The notes beneath the pieces were generated by a model. It saw only the letters and a list, made by a program, of their open reading frames with translations, was not told the DNA's origin and did no database searches. This document shows positions 24,991-37,550 of a stretch of 64,000 nt of DNA, in pieces. This stretch comes from the human T2T-CHM13v2.0 reference genome, Homo sapiens. The stretch is taken from NCBI RefSeq assembly GCF_009914755.1, contig NC_060928.1; one strand, given 5' to 3'. Position numbers and translations under genes: made by a program. Positions within the stretch are counted from its first letter, which is position 1. Each line of letters opens with the position of its first letter.

Positions 24991-27170
24991 TTTATTTATA
25001 TCACTGCCTTAGGAGTGAATAATTCAGAATCCTCTGTTCTCTCTCCCTCTATGTCTGACACATTTTGTATTGTTGGATAAGAGATTGATTTGGCTGGAGT
25101 TAGACAAACCCAGGTGGTTCTCTGATGCTTATTATGTGCACATATTGCCTAGCACCTGCTGAATATTACTTCATTCTCTTCTTTTCTGTAATAGCCCTTT
25201 AACCACAAAATTAATAGTATACTCAGAGGTGGACAAATGGAAATTAATCACACATTATTACAAATTGTTATTTCCCTCAGATTGGCTTGAAGGCATTTCC
25301 CCATTTTTGGAATCGGAACTGGTACATTTGTCTAGTAACACGGTCAAGCAGAGTCATCATTCTCTTTTTAATACTAATGTTGTTAGAATTTCCTTATAAA
25401 ATATGCATGCCTTTGAGTGGAGAAATTCTGAATACCAAATATAAATTTTTTCTCTGTGATTTACTCATCTTATGATTATTTTAAAGTAATCCTATTAATA
25501 TAGAAACATTAGTATAGTATGGGCCCACAGAAGTGAGACTTAACTGTGCTTCAGAACAAAAAGAAAACTTCTATGGAAAATATAATTGGTATTTAGAATG
25601 GTGTTTGTGTATGTAATTTACCACAAATCCACAAAAATATAAGATGTTCAAGAGATTCTGTGTTCGAAATCCCTTCAGTGATTAAGCTAGGTACAATAAA
25701 AAAAGAACATACTTAAAATTCAATTTATATAATTTGTTATTTATTAGAAATGAAAATAATATAAATAAAATTATACACTGATATAATTGGCAATAAATTT
25801 GTATAATTTGTTATTAATCTTCAAAAATGAGTTTCCTCTACAATTATTCTGATTCTAAATTTTATTGATATATGAAAACATAAAAGGTCGCTGTTCTTGA
25901 GAAAATTTTATTCTAGTGGAAAGATGGGGGTACAGAAGAAGATGAAAAGGAAAACATAGAAATTATAATTTGACCCAGTCAATGCAGCAATGCATTACTA
26001 GAAAATTACTAGGAATTTCCTAGACTCTTGAGACTATTATGGCCATAATTATAATTTAGAGTAATCAATTTGTGAAAAGAAATTACCAAGAAATGAATGA
26101 TGTTCAGACAAAGTTAACTAAAATGCCTTATTAACTCTTTCATCAAATTATTAGAAATTTAGGAAGTCATAGCCTCCTAATTTACTTTTGGATTGCTTCT
26201 CTGTGAAATGGATTTTTGTGTCTTTGCTTTCCCTATGTGCTACTTTTGCTGATTTTAAGTGAAGTTTTGAAAGAAACAAACACAGTAGTTGTGTGGGTGA
26301 ATACTAACTTTATTAATAAATATTTGCATTGCATTCCAGTGTTATACTAATTTTCATAAGCACTGAATACCAAATTATTTGACTAAGTTACTAACCAGTC
26401 ATCCAGCATGATCCTAATTGGTTTGTGAACTTACCTACAACTGAGATGTAACACTTGGGATGGAAGCACTTGCTGAACCCTGTGATGAGGAGGTATCTGT
26501 GTTTTGGCACATCTCCAATATTTAATTAACCTGTCATCTTTTATTATGTCTCTGTAAAGCATCTAAATCTTGTACAAGTTTAACACGCTAAAAATATTTC
26601 CAAGCCAAACCTATGATTAATTTAAAATTAGTCAAATATGGGCACCTTATAACTTTGTAATTTACACTGTTTTTCAGCTTTGAGATCTGTTTTGTCCCTT
26701 TTGTGGTAAAAGTTTTTATGAGTCCAACATACGATACTTTTAAATAGATTAAATCAAGCAAAACTCAGAAGGACATGATTCTAGCTTACCTATGCATTGC
26801 ACGTGTAATTGTTCCTTTTAATTGGGCCCAAAACTTAGAAGAAGTTTAAGTACTTCATCCAATGTTTTAATTAAAAGAGCCAGAATTGAAATGCAACTGT
26901 GTTCAGTATGAAGACACAGCATACTGTGTTCATATAATTTGAAGTTTTGTACAAGGATTCTCTTTCACCAGAATCTTCATCTTTATTTATATGTGTATGT
27001 ATATTGTAAAATTAGTAGTTAGAATAAATAGCTTATTTTGGAAGTTGTTTATCAGTGTAGGACCCTACAGTAAACTTGGCATTCAGGGTTCTCCACTCTA
27101 AGTAACATGATGCTTAACCCACATGTGACACATTCAACTACGTTAAATTCACAAAGCATATGTATATGTA

Positions 27171-27461
<291 letters not shown>

Positions 27462-27577
27462 TAACATCTCTTAATTTGCCTACTTATTTCTGAATGTTAA
27501 AAAACAAGGAATAGTATTTATAAAAAATGATATAATTAGTATTTTCTTGGCTAGCATATTTTCTTAGCTGATGTAAT

Positions 27578-27879
27578 TTTTGTTGTTGTTTTAGAGACAG
27601 GGTCTCACTTGGCTGCCCTGGCTGGAGTGCTGTGGCATGGTGCTCACTGCTCAGTGCAACCTTCACCTCCCAGGCTCAAGAAATCCTCCCACCTCAGCCT
27701 ACCAAGTAGCTGGGACTACAGGCACATGCCACCACACGCAGCTAATTTCAGTATTTTTTGTAGACCTGGGTCTCACTATGTTGCCCAGGCTTGGTCTCAA
27801 ACTCCTGGCTTCAAGTGGTCCTCCTGCCTCGGCCTCCCAAAGTGCTGGCATTACAGGCATGAGCCACCACACCTGGGCC
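27578..27879 (-). mobile_element. AluJ
   Basis: agagacagggtctcact...gggtctcactatgttgcccaggct are J-type diagnostics. Confidence 0.9.
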
Positions 27880-29355
27880 CCCTAATGGCATGTTTTATTC
27901 ATTGAAATTTCATCAATTGTTTTATCATAGTTGTCACTTGAAAAGAATTAGTTTTCATTTGCTATTCCAGACCTGGTGGTGACAAGGAGAGTAAACTTAT
28001 TGCAGCTTTTTCTGGAAGATGAGACAGGCAGTCTCAATATTTCAGAGAGGATTGTGCATAACTCATGAATGTGTAAATTTTCCCACTGCAGATACACCTT
28101 GTGTTAAATAGAGCAATTGTAGATGACGTTGTGGCAGGTAAAAAGCTCATAACATCTTTCAAAATGCAAAAGGTAACATTATAATCTGATTTTTAAAATC
28201 ATATATTGTCTGCTTTTCCTTTCCTTAAAGCTAGGATAATAACTGTCATATAACTAAAAATGTATTTAAATGTATGATGTCACCTAAGTTGATATTACAT
28301 ATAAAAAGAAAAAGGTAGAAAAGGATGGATAAATCCATTATCTGTATAAATTTTACAAGAACATAAAATTTCCTAAGTTTCATAAATGCTGGTGAAAACA
28401 TACTGTAATTGTAAAACATAAATACATTTCTGACTTAGAAGGAATCTGGCTTTTCTATTTGTAAAATGTAGCTCAGTAGGACTGGTGCTCTCAGAAGATA
28501 CAGTTCAGTATCCAAGCAGTAAATTGCTAGATAACTGCTCCAAAATGACTAGAAAATTATGGAACTATCCTAACTTTAACCTACCACTATAATGAACAAT
28601 AGCTTTGCTTTTTGACACAATTTTAAACTGTAAATGTACCACCATTCATATGGAATTGTTTGCCTTTGTTTTTAGTATATTTTGTTTAGGGCAGTGGTAG
28701 GAGTGAGGTGCCACCACAAGTTAGCATAATGTTTCAGTGTTTCAGAGTGTTTTTGCAAACCAAAATAAATGACACAGTGAGTGAATTTACAATACGAATT
28801 ACTTGGTTCCAAAAAATATTACTTAAGTATATATAATTTATAACATTTCTGTATTTTCTAGATAATAATGAACAACTCTATTGGGTCCTGAATAAAACAA
28901 ATCTATTAATCATCAGTTTCACTGGCCTTTCTGAGATGTATAAATTCTCAGCAGATGTTCAAGGTCCTGCAGGTTGAGGCCAAATGGGTGAATAATAAAT
29001 ATTTGAAGGTAAATAAATGCAAGAATTAATAACTAATGCATATTCAGGGTTTACGCATACTCCAGGAACTAATTCATACTAGATTTATTTCACATAGATG
29101 ATGGACTCTGCTAATATTAGAGGTAGAGATCTCACTTTTTTATAGGCATGCAGGAATAGAAAAGTAACATGGAGCAAATCCAAGAGTTATGCTCAAAACA
29201 TGTGTAGCCATATTACAACGTTTCCTCACTTTAAAACAATAGATCTCAAAAGTAGACACACATGCCAGTAAATTATGGCTGACCAGAGTGCAATCAACAC
29301 AGCAATTTTGACTGGAAATTATAATAAAATTTTAATACAAATAATAGAGATTATG

Positions 29356-29657
29356 GGCCGGGTGCGGTGGCTCCTACCTGTATTCCCAGCAGTTCAGGAG
29401 GCTGAAGTGGGAGGATCGCTTCAGCTCAAGAGTTTGAGACCTTCCTGGGCAACATATGGATATCCTGTCTCTACAGAAATAAAAATAAAAATAAATTAGT
29501 TGAGTGTGGTGAGTGTCTGTGGTCCAAATTGCTTGGGAGGATGAAGTGGGAGCATTGCTTGAGCCCAGGAGGTCAAGGCTACAGTGAGATATGTTCTGCC
29601 ACTGTACTCAAACCAGGGCCACAGAGTGAGACCCTGTCTCTATGAAAGAAAAAAAAG
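29356..29657 (+). mobile_element. AluJ
   Basis: gggaggatcgcttcagctcaagagttt...gagcccaggaggtcaaggctacagtgag. Confidence 0.9.
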
Positions 29658-30249
29658 TGAGTTTATCAGATTCCCTAGACTAAATCCATTGTTTATGATT
29701 CCTCCTGTAATATTAACCTAGCCTTCCCCAATTTTGGTTCCAATTAAACATTTCTCAGAAAACAATTATTTTTGTCTTTTAAATGTAGCCCTTTTTAATT
29801 CAATATATTATTGAGGAATAAATAGTATTTGAGATTTTATCTTAGATTTTACATTTCTTATGTGTCAGGTCATGGAGGCATAATAAAATGCATGTTTAAT
29901 ATAACCCTTGGTTGATCAAGATAATATCTGAGAACACAAAATACGTATAATTTAGAAAAAATCAACTATTTTGAACATGATCCAGTGTAATGTTATTTGA
30001 TGACTGGTGATAATCTGAATTTGGAAATTCCTTTCAAAATGCCAAGCATAATATTCACAAGGAAATATCCATATCTGTATGTATCTTTATCCATATGCAT
30101 GCAGACACATGGGTTGAAACTACTTTAGAACAAAATATTTTTGTCTTAAAATATTTTAATGATTTAAAAATAGCACTGTCTTTATAGTGCCATCTCAATG
30201 CAAATTGTTATTTGAAAGATGAGCAAGCCATCCTAACTTACTTCTAGTC

Positions 30250-30669
30250 AATAGAGATTGAATGCTTTGTCAGAGCACCAAGATACTTGACTTTGGTATC
30301 AAGGCACTTATGACTGCGGTGCCAAGATTATTGGCTCTTGGCACCTCACAATTTAATCCCTTCCAGGGAATTGCCTTCAGTGAAAGGTAAAAGGGAGCAC
30401 AAGTCCAACGACCCTTCAGAAGTGAGAGGAAAAGGCTCAGGCTCATGCTTTAATCTCAGACAATTCTAATGGTCCAGCCCAACTCCAGAATTCCCTGTGG
30501 GATAGCCTGAGGTCTTTGTTGGAACTAGATTGCAGTACTCTTTCCTCTCTGTAATCCTATTTCCTTCCATCACTCCTCACAGAGGTTATTTTTGAGAGTA
30601 GCCTCCACAGTCTTTCTGCATGCAAATCTCTGCCTCAGAGTGTGTCCCCAGGGAGCCCAACCTAAAACA
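30250..30669 (+). mobile_element. ERVL LTR16-like
   Basis: ctccagaattccctgtgggatagcctgaggtctttgttg...tgcaaatctctgcctcagagtgtgtccccagggagcccaacctaaaaca. Confidence 0.7.
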
Positions 30670-31844
30670 CCTGTCTTCTGTGTTGGAATAGAAAAATAGA
30701 AGTAGATGTAGAAGCTGATATCTGATTCTCAGACAGAGCATTTCTTACTAGGGAAATGAGTGTGAGGAGAAATGCTGCATTTTTTCCTCAGGCAGAACGA
30801 TTAAGTTAGAGACAACCATAGAAACAATAGGTAGAATTACTTTATTGCAAAATCAGTGTTCTGAAAGGAACAAAATGTGAGGTAAATGAAGAGATTTTAA
30901 TGTACCAAATTAAAAGCTTGGTGCAGAAATTCTCCATGTTCATGTGGCTGAGCACCTGGAAGCAAAGTGTTCTTTGCTGAACACCAGGAAATATCGGCAT
31001 ATTGAATTTTATCATTCAGAGTAGAAATCATTTTTACCAGCAGAAAGTGCCAATATTGCATAAAGGCAAATGGAAATCACAATTGGTTTAACAGAATGCT
31101 CTATAATTTTGAACGTGCTTTCAGTCTTTCTGTTAGTGTTTGTTACTCTGTCATTCATCATGCAGTTGCAAGCTTTCATAGCAGATGGCAAAAGGTTAAG
31201 AAAAAGTAATAGAACTTAAAATTTAGGAAATGTTATATTTTATTTTATTTTCCTCTAGTGAACTTAGAAAAATACTCCTGAGTATAAATTTAATAGCAGA
31301 ACATATATAGAGAGTAGAAGCATAGTATTAGAGTCCATGGCTTAGTATGTGAAAGCTTTCAAGTAAGAAAAAGCAATAAGAGGATAGCTTGGATGTAAAA
31401 TGCATATATATATTACATACATATATATGTATGTATACAATGCATAAAGTATGTATCGTGAGGGAGGTATCTTCAACTTTATGGAGTCCATCCCAATTAC
31501 TGATAGAGTAGATGTAATATATATGTGCATTTTCAAATCTCTCTGATTGTTTTTAACCATACTAATTATTTTCAGACATTTACATTTCTGTATATTGTAT
31601 AATAGGACAGTTATACAATCAATCTTTATAAATAATCTGTAAACAAACAAGGGTTTTTTTTCTAAAGAAATAATTAACCATAGCAGGAAATGTCCTCAGA
31701 GAAAATGTTGATAAAGAAAACAAACAGAAAGAAAAAATTAGTCAGAAAAAGAACATATTAATGTGTTTTTAATTGTTTAAATACATATTTTGTCTTTCAC
31801 TATTTTATTAATACTTAAATATACTGTACATAGTATAAGGATAA

Positions 31845-32231
<387 letters not shown>

Positions 32232-32471
32232 TAGTCTTAAGCCAGACTTTAAAAAAATACCTTTTCTGTGTGTAATACTGGCATTCCTTAAATATTGCCT
32301 ATAAAATACTGTAATTTCTTTAAAAATAAGTATCTTGGTTCATTTCCTTCTAGTGAATTACTTTTGATGTTGAAACCATCAGTATATTCAGTAGCTATAC
32401 TATTCAAGGTACTTTTAAGTGAAAATATATATTTTTTAATTTTTACTAAATTTGTCTTAGAGGTTGTGAAT

Positions 32472-32513
32472 TTAATGTTATTCAATCTTAATGTTATTCA
32501 GTCTTAATGTTAT
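32472..32513. repeat. 16-bp tandem repeat x2.6
   Basis: ttaatgttattcaatc ttaatgttattcagtc ttaatgttat. Confidence 0.9.
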
Positions 32514-34552
32514 ATTTTATTTTATTTTGGTGAAAAGCTCTTATTTTTCTTTTAAGTAAAGCAAAAGAAAATATTTATGAAGGACCTAAATGGAGAAAAT
32601 TTACATATGAATCAGAAGCTACTAAAAATAACACTTAAAGGCAACATTTTCAGAAATATTCTTCTGTTTATGTAGCATATTGAAAATATACAAATTGACA
32701 AAGAGAAAAAACATATATATAACAAATATCAGAGCAGAAACCATTTTTTATTACCACACTAAACACTAAAATACTTCAATTTACTATAGCTTTTGTATTG
32801 CTTTTCCACCTGTATTCATTTTAGAATATATTATGACTATTTACTTAAACCAAGAATACTACTTCACCAAAATAACATACAGAATGGAGCTTTTAAGACT
32901 CATTTTATGAAACATTAATGTGTTCTACAGACTGATTCATATACACTAAAAAAGAGGAATTATTTTTGAAACTGTAACGATTATAAACTATTATATTCTA
33001 TTAAATGATATTATAAAGTTATAGACCCATTATAAGGAAGGGAATTGGGAGGAACCTGGGTTTTCTGAGAAAGTTGAAATTATTCAATGAAAGTCCTATG
33101 GAGACATTTCTGAAACTGAGTAAAATAACATCTATGAGTTAGACTGTTAAGGGGCTTATGCAGGGTAAACTGAGGACACAAAAATTAGCTAATGCTACAA
33201 AGCATAAGAGCTATGTTTTGCCTGTAATCTGGATTATTTCTCTTCCTGAAAAAAATGTATTAAAAATTTAATAAGGATCCCCATAATGTTAGACCACATA
33301 AGGCGTGGTTACATTATTCCTTTAGCAGTTACTTTTAAAAAATTATATACAATTAATTTGTCAGAGCCATTTATTTTATGTTAATTAAATGCCTAGACAA
33401 TTCTTCTTGTATAAGATGACTATCAGCATTAGTTCAACTCCATTCTAGAAGACTGCAATACGGTGTTTATTACTTATGTAAATTCAGTTAATTATACACC
33501 AACTCAGTTATCTTATTTATTGCATTTCAATTAGTATCCTTGTAATAGTCAGTAGCTCTTTAATTAACTCACAAGAATAAGAGATGTCTTGTTAAATGTA
33601 AATTAAATAGATTTAAATAGACAATAGATTGCAAATGGTACATCACTGCTAATGCTATAGAAAACTGTTGCTGGAAGTTCTAAACGTACTCAGTACCATC
33701 TGCCTTCATCTGAGCAAGAAGATAATTCCACTTTTTTTAGAATTCTTTTTAGGCCAAAAATAAGACCAAGGCAAAACATAAGTATGGCAGGTTTTTGTTT
33801 TGAGTGGGTTAAATGTAATTTAGAGTTTTGTCTTATTGTCAATAAAAAATTCTAACAGTGTAAAGAAATGTAAAAGAAAAGTCTACTTCAGTGAGGAATT
33901 ACTTCTCAAATGAATTTGTTAAAAGCCCTAAAAATAATCCATGACTGCTGATTTATTTGTCCAGGGTAGAAAGGAGCAAAATACTACAGCTCTTCCCTAA
34001 GTGCTCCCTTGTGACCTAACAAGAAAATTAATTAGCAGGGCACCAATATGTGGCAACAACATGACTACAGGGGAGGCTGAATGTCAATGGGCTGACACTA
34101 TAACCCAGTTTTGTTAGCATTAACGTTTCTACTTTAGCCAGTTTATTTCTCAGAGATGAAATAAAGGCTTAGCTTAGCTGTAGAGAGAATCTACTTTCAC
34201 TTAATAGCAAATTTCATTCCTTGTGAAGGGAATTCAAGAGTATTTCTAGATTCTGTTATTTATATTTGGGGAATGGCAGATTCTGTCACTCTAAACATTA
34301 GAAATAGATGGAGTAGGGTCTCATACATATTACTCTGCTACATTCTCCACACTGGCTTGTAGAAGGGAGAAATGGGGAAAAATATTTTAAAATATGTTTA
34401 GTCAAGTTTTGGGGTACTTCTTATTTTAATAGAATAATACAATTTAAAGTTATGTTGCCATAAATTTCTGATATTTTAAATCAAAACATTTGGCCTATTT
34501 CAAGGTTATAAGAGATTATAAGATTTCAGAAATAACAATAAAATAATAATGC

Positions 34553-34651
34553 TTTTTTTTTTTTTTTTTGAGACGGAGTCTCGCTGTCGCCGAGGCTGGA
34601 GTGCAGTGGCGCCATTTCCGCTCACTGCAGGCTCCGCCCCCCGGGGTTCAC
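34553..34651 (-). mobile_element. Severely 5'-truncated young Alu (AluYe-like)
   Basis: T17 plus 82 bp of the right-arm end; 15-bp TSD AATAATAATGCTTTT at 34542-34556 and 34652-34666; cctgcagtgag, GGGGGGCGGAG and the gacagcgaga deletion are AluYe-type. Confidence 0.85.
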
Positions 34652-34721
34652 AATAATAATGCTTTTAAGGCAACAAGAATATCATCAAAATGTAACATTC
34701 TTATTATTATTTGGGTTTGTT

Positions 34722-35141
34722 ATTTTTAATTGGCATATACTAATTTTACATATTTATTCAATAGAGTGTGTTGTGTATACAAGATGTAGTGATAAAATCT
34801 GTAATTAGCATATATGTCACCTCAAACATTCATCATTTGTGTTGAAAACATTCAAAATCCACCATTCTAGCTATTTGAAAATATTCAATAAGCTGTTAAT
34901 TACAGTCACCTTATGGTGCAGTACAACTTTTTCCTCCTACGTAGCTGTACTTTTGTAGCTATGCTTGCCTGTCCCTGCCTTGTCCTCATGTCTAATAACA
35001 TTTCATTCTCTACTTTTGTAAGACAAACTCTTTTAGCTTCCACATATGAGTGAGAACATGTTGTATTTATCTTTCTGTGCCTGGCTTATTTCGCTTAACA
35101 TAATGTTCTCCGTGTTCATCCATGTTGTCATGAATGACACA
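34722..35141 (-). mobile_element. L1MA 3' end
   Basis: ttagcttccacatatgagtgagaacatg...tctttctgtgcctggcttatttcgcttaacataatg. Confidence 0.85.
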
Positions 35142-35689
35142 AGAAAATTAATAGAAAATAATTTTAAAAAACTGCAACCCATTCTCATATTTTTGGCAGC
35201 CACCAAATTATATTGGTTTAATTTGCATTATCACTAACAACAGAGCACCCTCAGACATTCCCCTTTCCTCCTTTCCCTTTCAACTTTCAAGATACACTGT
35301 TTTCCTCCAGGAATGAGTAAACTGGAGTGCATAGTAGAAAAACTTGATTGACAGCAATGTTTTACTGTGGATATCATGTGACATTACTGACTATATTACA
35401 TCCTTTTCTTTTGATTCTAATTTTTACTCTATATCATTGTAGCTTTTCCAGACAGAAGTTTTCTATCACTCATTCCTTCAAAGTACTTTTTTAAAAAGCA
35501 GTTCTCTGTTGAAATACTTTTGAAGAGCTCACTGAGTTTGTAGGTAATTTCTGAACATTTTCTAAGGTAATTAATCTTGGCAATATCCTGAAATGAAAAC
35601 ACATATTGCTTTTCCCATGAAACTCTTTTTCTAGTGATTCATCTTTCAAACCAACATATCTAATGGTGCAATTCTCCTGTTCTGAAGTG

Positions 35690-35900
35690 ATCGGTCAGAA
35701 TTTGGGCTTTGGCCCAAACACTCAGCAGTTATATGATCTGGGTAAATTTCTTAATCTTTCCAAACTTCAATTCTTCATTTTTTTCAAGGAAATAATAATG
35801 ATAAGTTTTGTATGAGGATTGATTTTTTATGAAGATTGTTTGGAAGATGTTTAATACAGTGTCTGATACTTAGTGATTACTAAATAAATGGCAGTTGTAC
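35690..35900 (+). mobile_element. MIR
   Basis: tgatctgggtaaatttcttaatctttcc...tgtatgaggatt...aatacagtgtctgatacttag. Confidence 0.7.
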
Positions 35901-36192
35901 CTATTACAGTATTAAAAGATTATTTTGTTTCAGAGACAAAAACATTTTGCTAGATGCAAATGAGAAAATATACCCTACTATGTTTTGTTAACTAATAATT
36001 ATTTTCCAGGTTGAAAGTAAAATTATTTTCACCTTTGTTTTTCCTCAGATTATGTAGTAAAAACAAAATAAAACAAAAAATTTAGTGCTTGTAGAAACTG
36101 TTTCTACAAGTTGTGTCATCAGGGATCTTTATAAACTATTTGTATTATTAACATGGCATCTTCAATAGCTACCTTAGGCAGTTTAATCCCAT

Positions 36193-36511
36193 TGTTATAG
36201 ACTGTTATATATCTCCCTCAAACTCATATGCTGAAATCTAATTCTAGGAGGGGCCTTTGGTCAAGAGGATAGAGGCTTCATGAATGATATTAGCATTCTT
36301 ACAAAAGGGACTCTGGGGAGCTCTCTTGCCCCTTCTGCCATGTGAGAACACAACAAGAACACTGTGTATGAATAATAAGTAGGCCCTCAACAGACACCAA
36401 ATCTGCCAATGCCTTGTTCTTCTCAGCCTCCAGAGTTGTGAGAAATAAATTTCTGTTCCTTATAATCCGCATAGTCTATAGTATTTTGTTATAGCAGCCC
36501 AAGCAAAGATA
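36193..36511 (+). mobile_element. MaLR LTR MLT1A0-like
   Basis: tgttatagactg...cagcctccagagttgtgagaaataaatttctg...tttgttatagcagccc; near-TSD CCCAT/CCCAC. Confidence 0.85.
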
Positions 36512-36599
36512 CCCACTAACTTAAAAAATTATTTTACTTCCTTGATACCAACACTGTTATATATGCATTCTGTTTTAGGAAAGCACTCTATAGTAGTAA

Positions 36600-37550
36600 C
36601 CTGATTTCCTGGAATGCCTCTACCACTAGAATCTTAAAATCCATTCTCCACTGAACATATTCTGGACTTTCAACACTCTTCTGAAAGCAACTACCAATCC
36701 ATTGTCCCTCTTTCAACAAGTGAAGTTTATATCTGCCTTAGCAGAGGCAATTGCATAATCTTCCAGGCTCCAATAGGCACAGCTTTAAATGTGATTCTCC
36801 TCTCACCCCCATCTACTTTTTCAGTTTCAAAGGAAGAGAGTCACCTTAGCTCATCAATGTACAACCCCATCACATGATCTCTTGATTCCATTTCCTCCCT
36901 TTTCTTTTGTGAGACCTTGCCTCATTTTTCATACCTGAAAGTACCCCTCCTTATATCTAATATCTTTCACTTTCCTTTTCAATGGAAGTCAACATCAAGA
37001 TCATCAAGGGTAATATCCACTTAATCATACCCTTTCCTTCAAACTAGCAATCTTGTCCTCCCCTCTTCTCTGATCATCTGATAAAATAAACAGTGTCATC
37101 TTTGTTGCTCAATCCAATGGTCAATGCTTCATATCTTTGGCACCTCTCCTTTAGTTGACACTGTGACCATTTCTTCTTTCTTGAAAACACGCATTTTTTA
37201 ATCTCCAACGACAGCATTCCCCTCTTATTCTTATCTGAATCCTTGAATCCTCCTTTCATTTCTACTCAAGACCATCTGCTATCTCCAGTATTTTTAGAAA
37301 AGCCCTTTAATTATGATGTGTTCAAGGGTGCAATTCTTGGATCACTTCTCTTCTGACTTTCTTATATTGATATCATTTCATCTATTCTCATAATCCAGGT
37401 ACTATTCATGCTAAAAATTATAAAGGGTGTGTTACCAGTGTTTCCCCCAAAATCAAAAATTTTATGTATCACCACACAATGGAACTGTGATTTAGATGTT
37501 CAATCATAGGTAAGAATGATAAAATAGAAAATTAAATTTCCCATCTTCTA
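36600..37550 (+). mobile_element. L2 ORF2 fragment
   Basis: aatccaatggtcaatgc...ttgacactgtgaccatttcttctttcttgaaaac...caagggtgcaattcttggatcacttctcttc (L2 RT region). Confidence 0.65.

Noticed and set aside
30620-30627. Perfect octamer ATGCAAAT
   Set aside because: Arises by CpG decay of the LTR16 consensus; single octamers are common in AT-rich DNA
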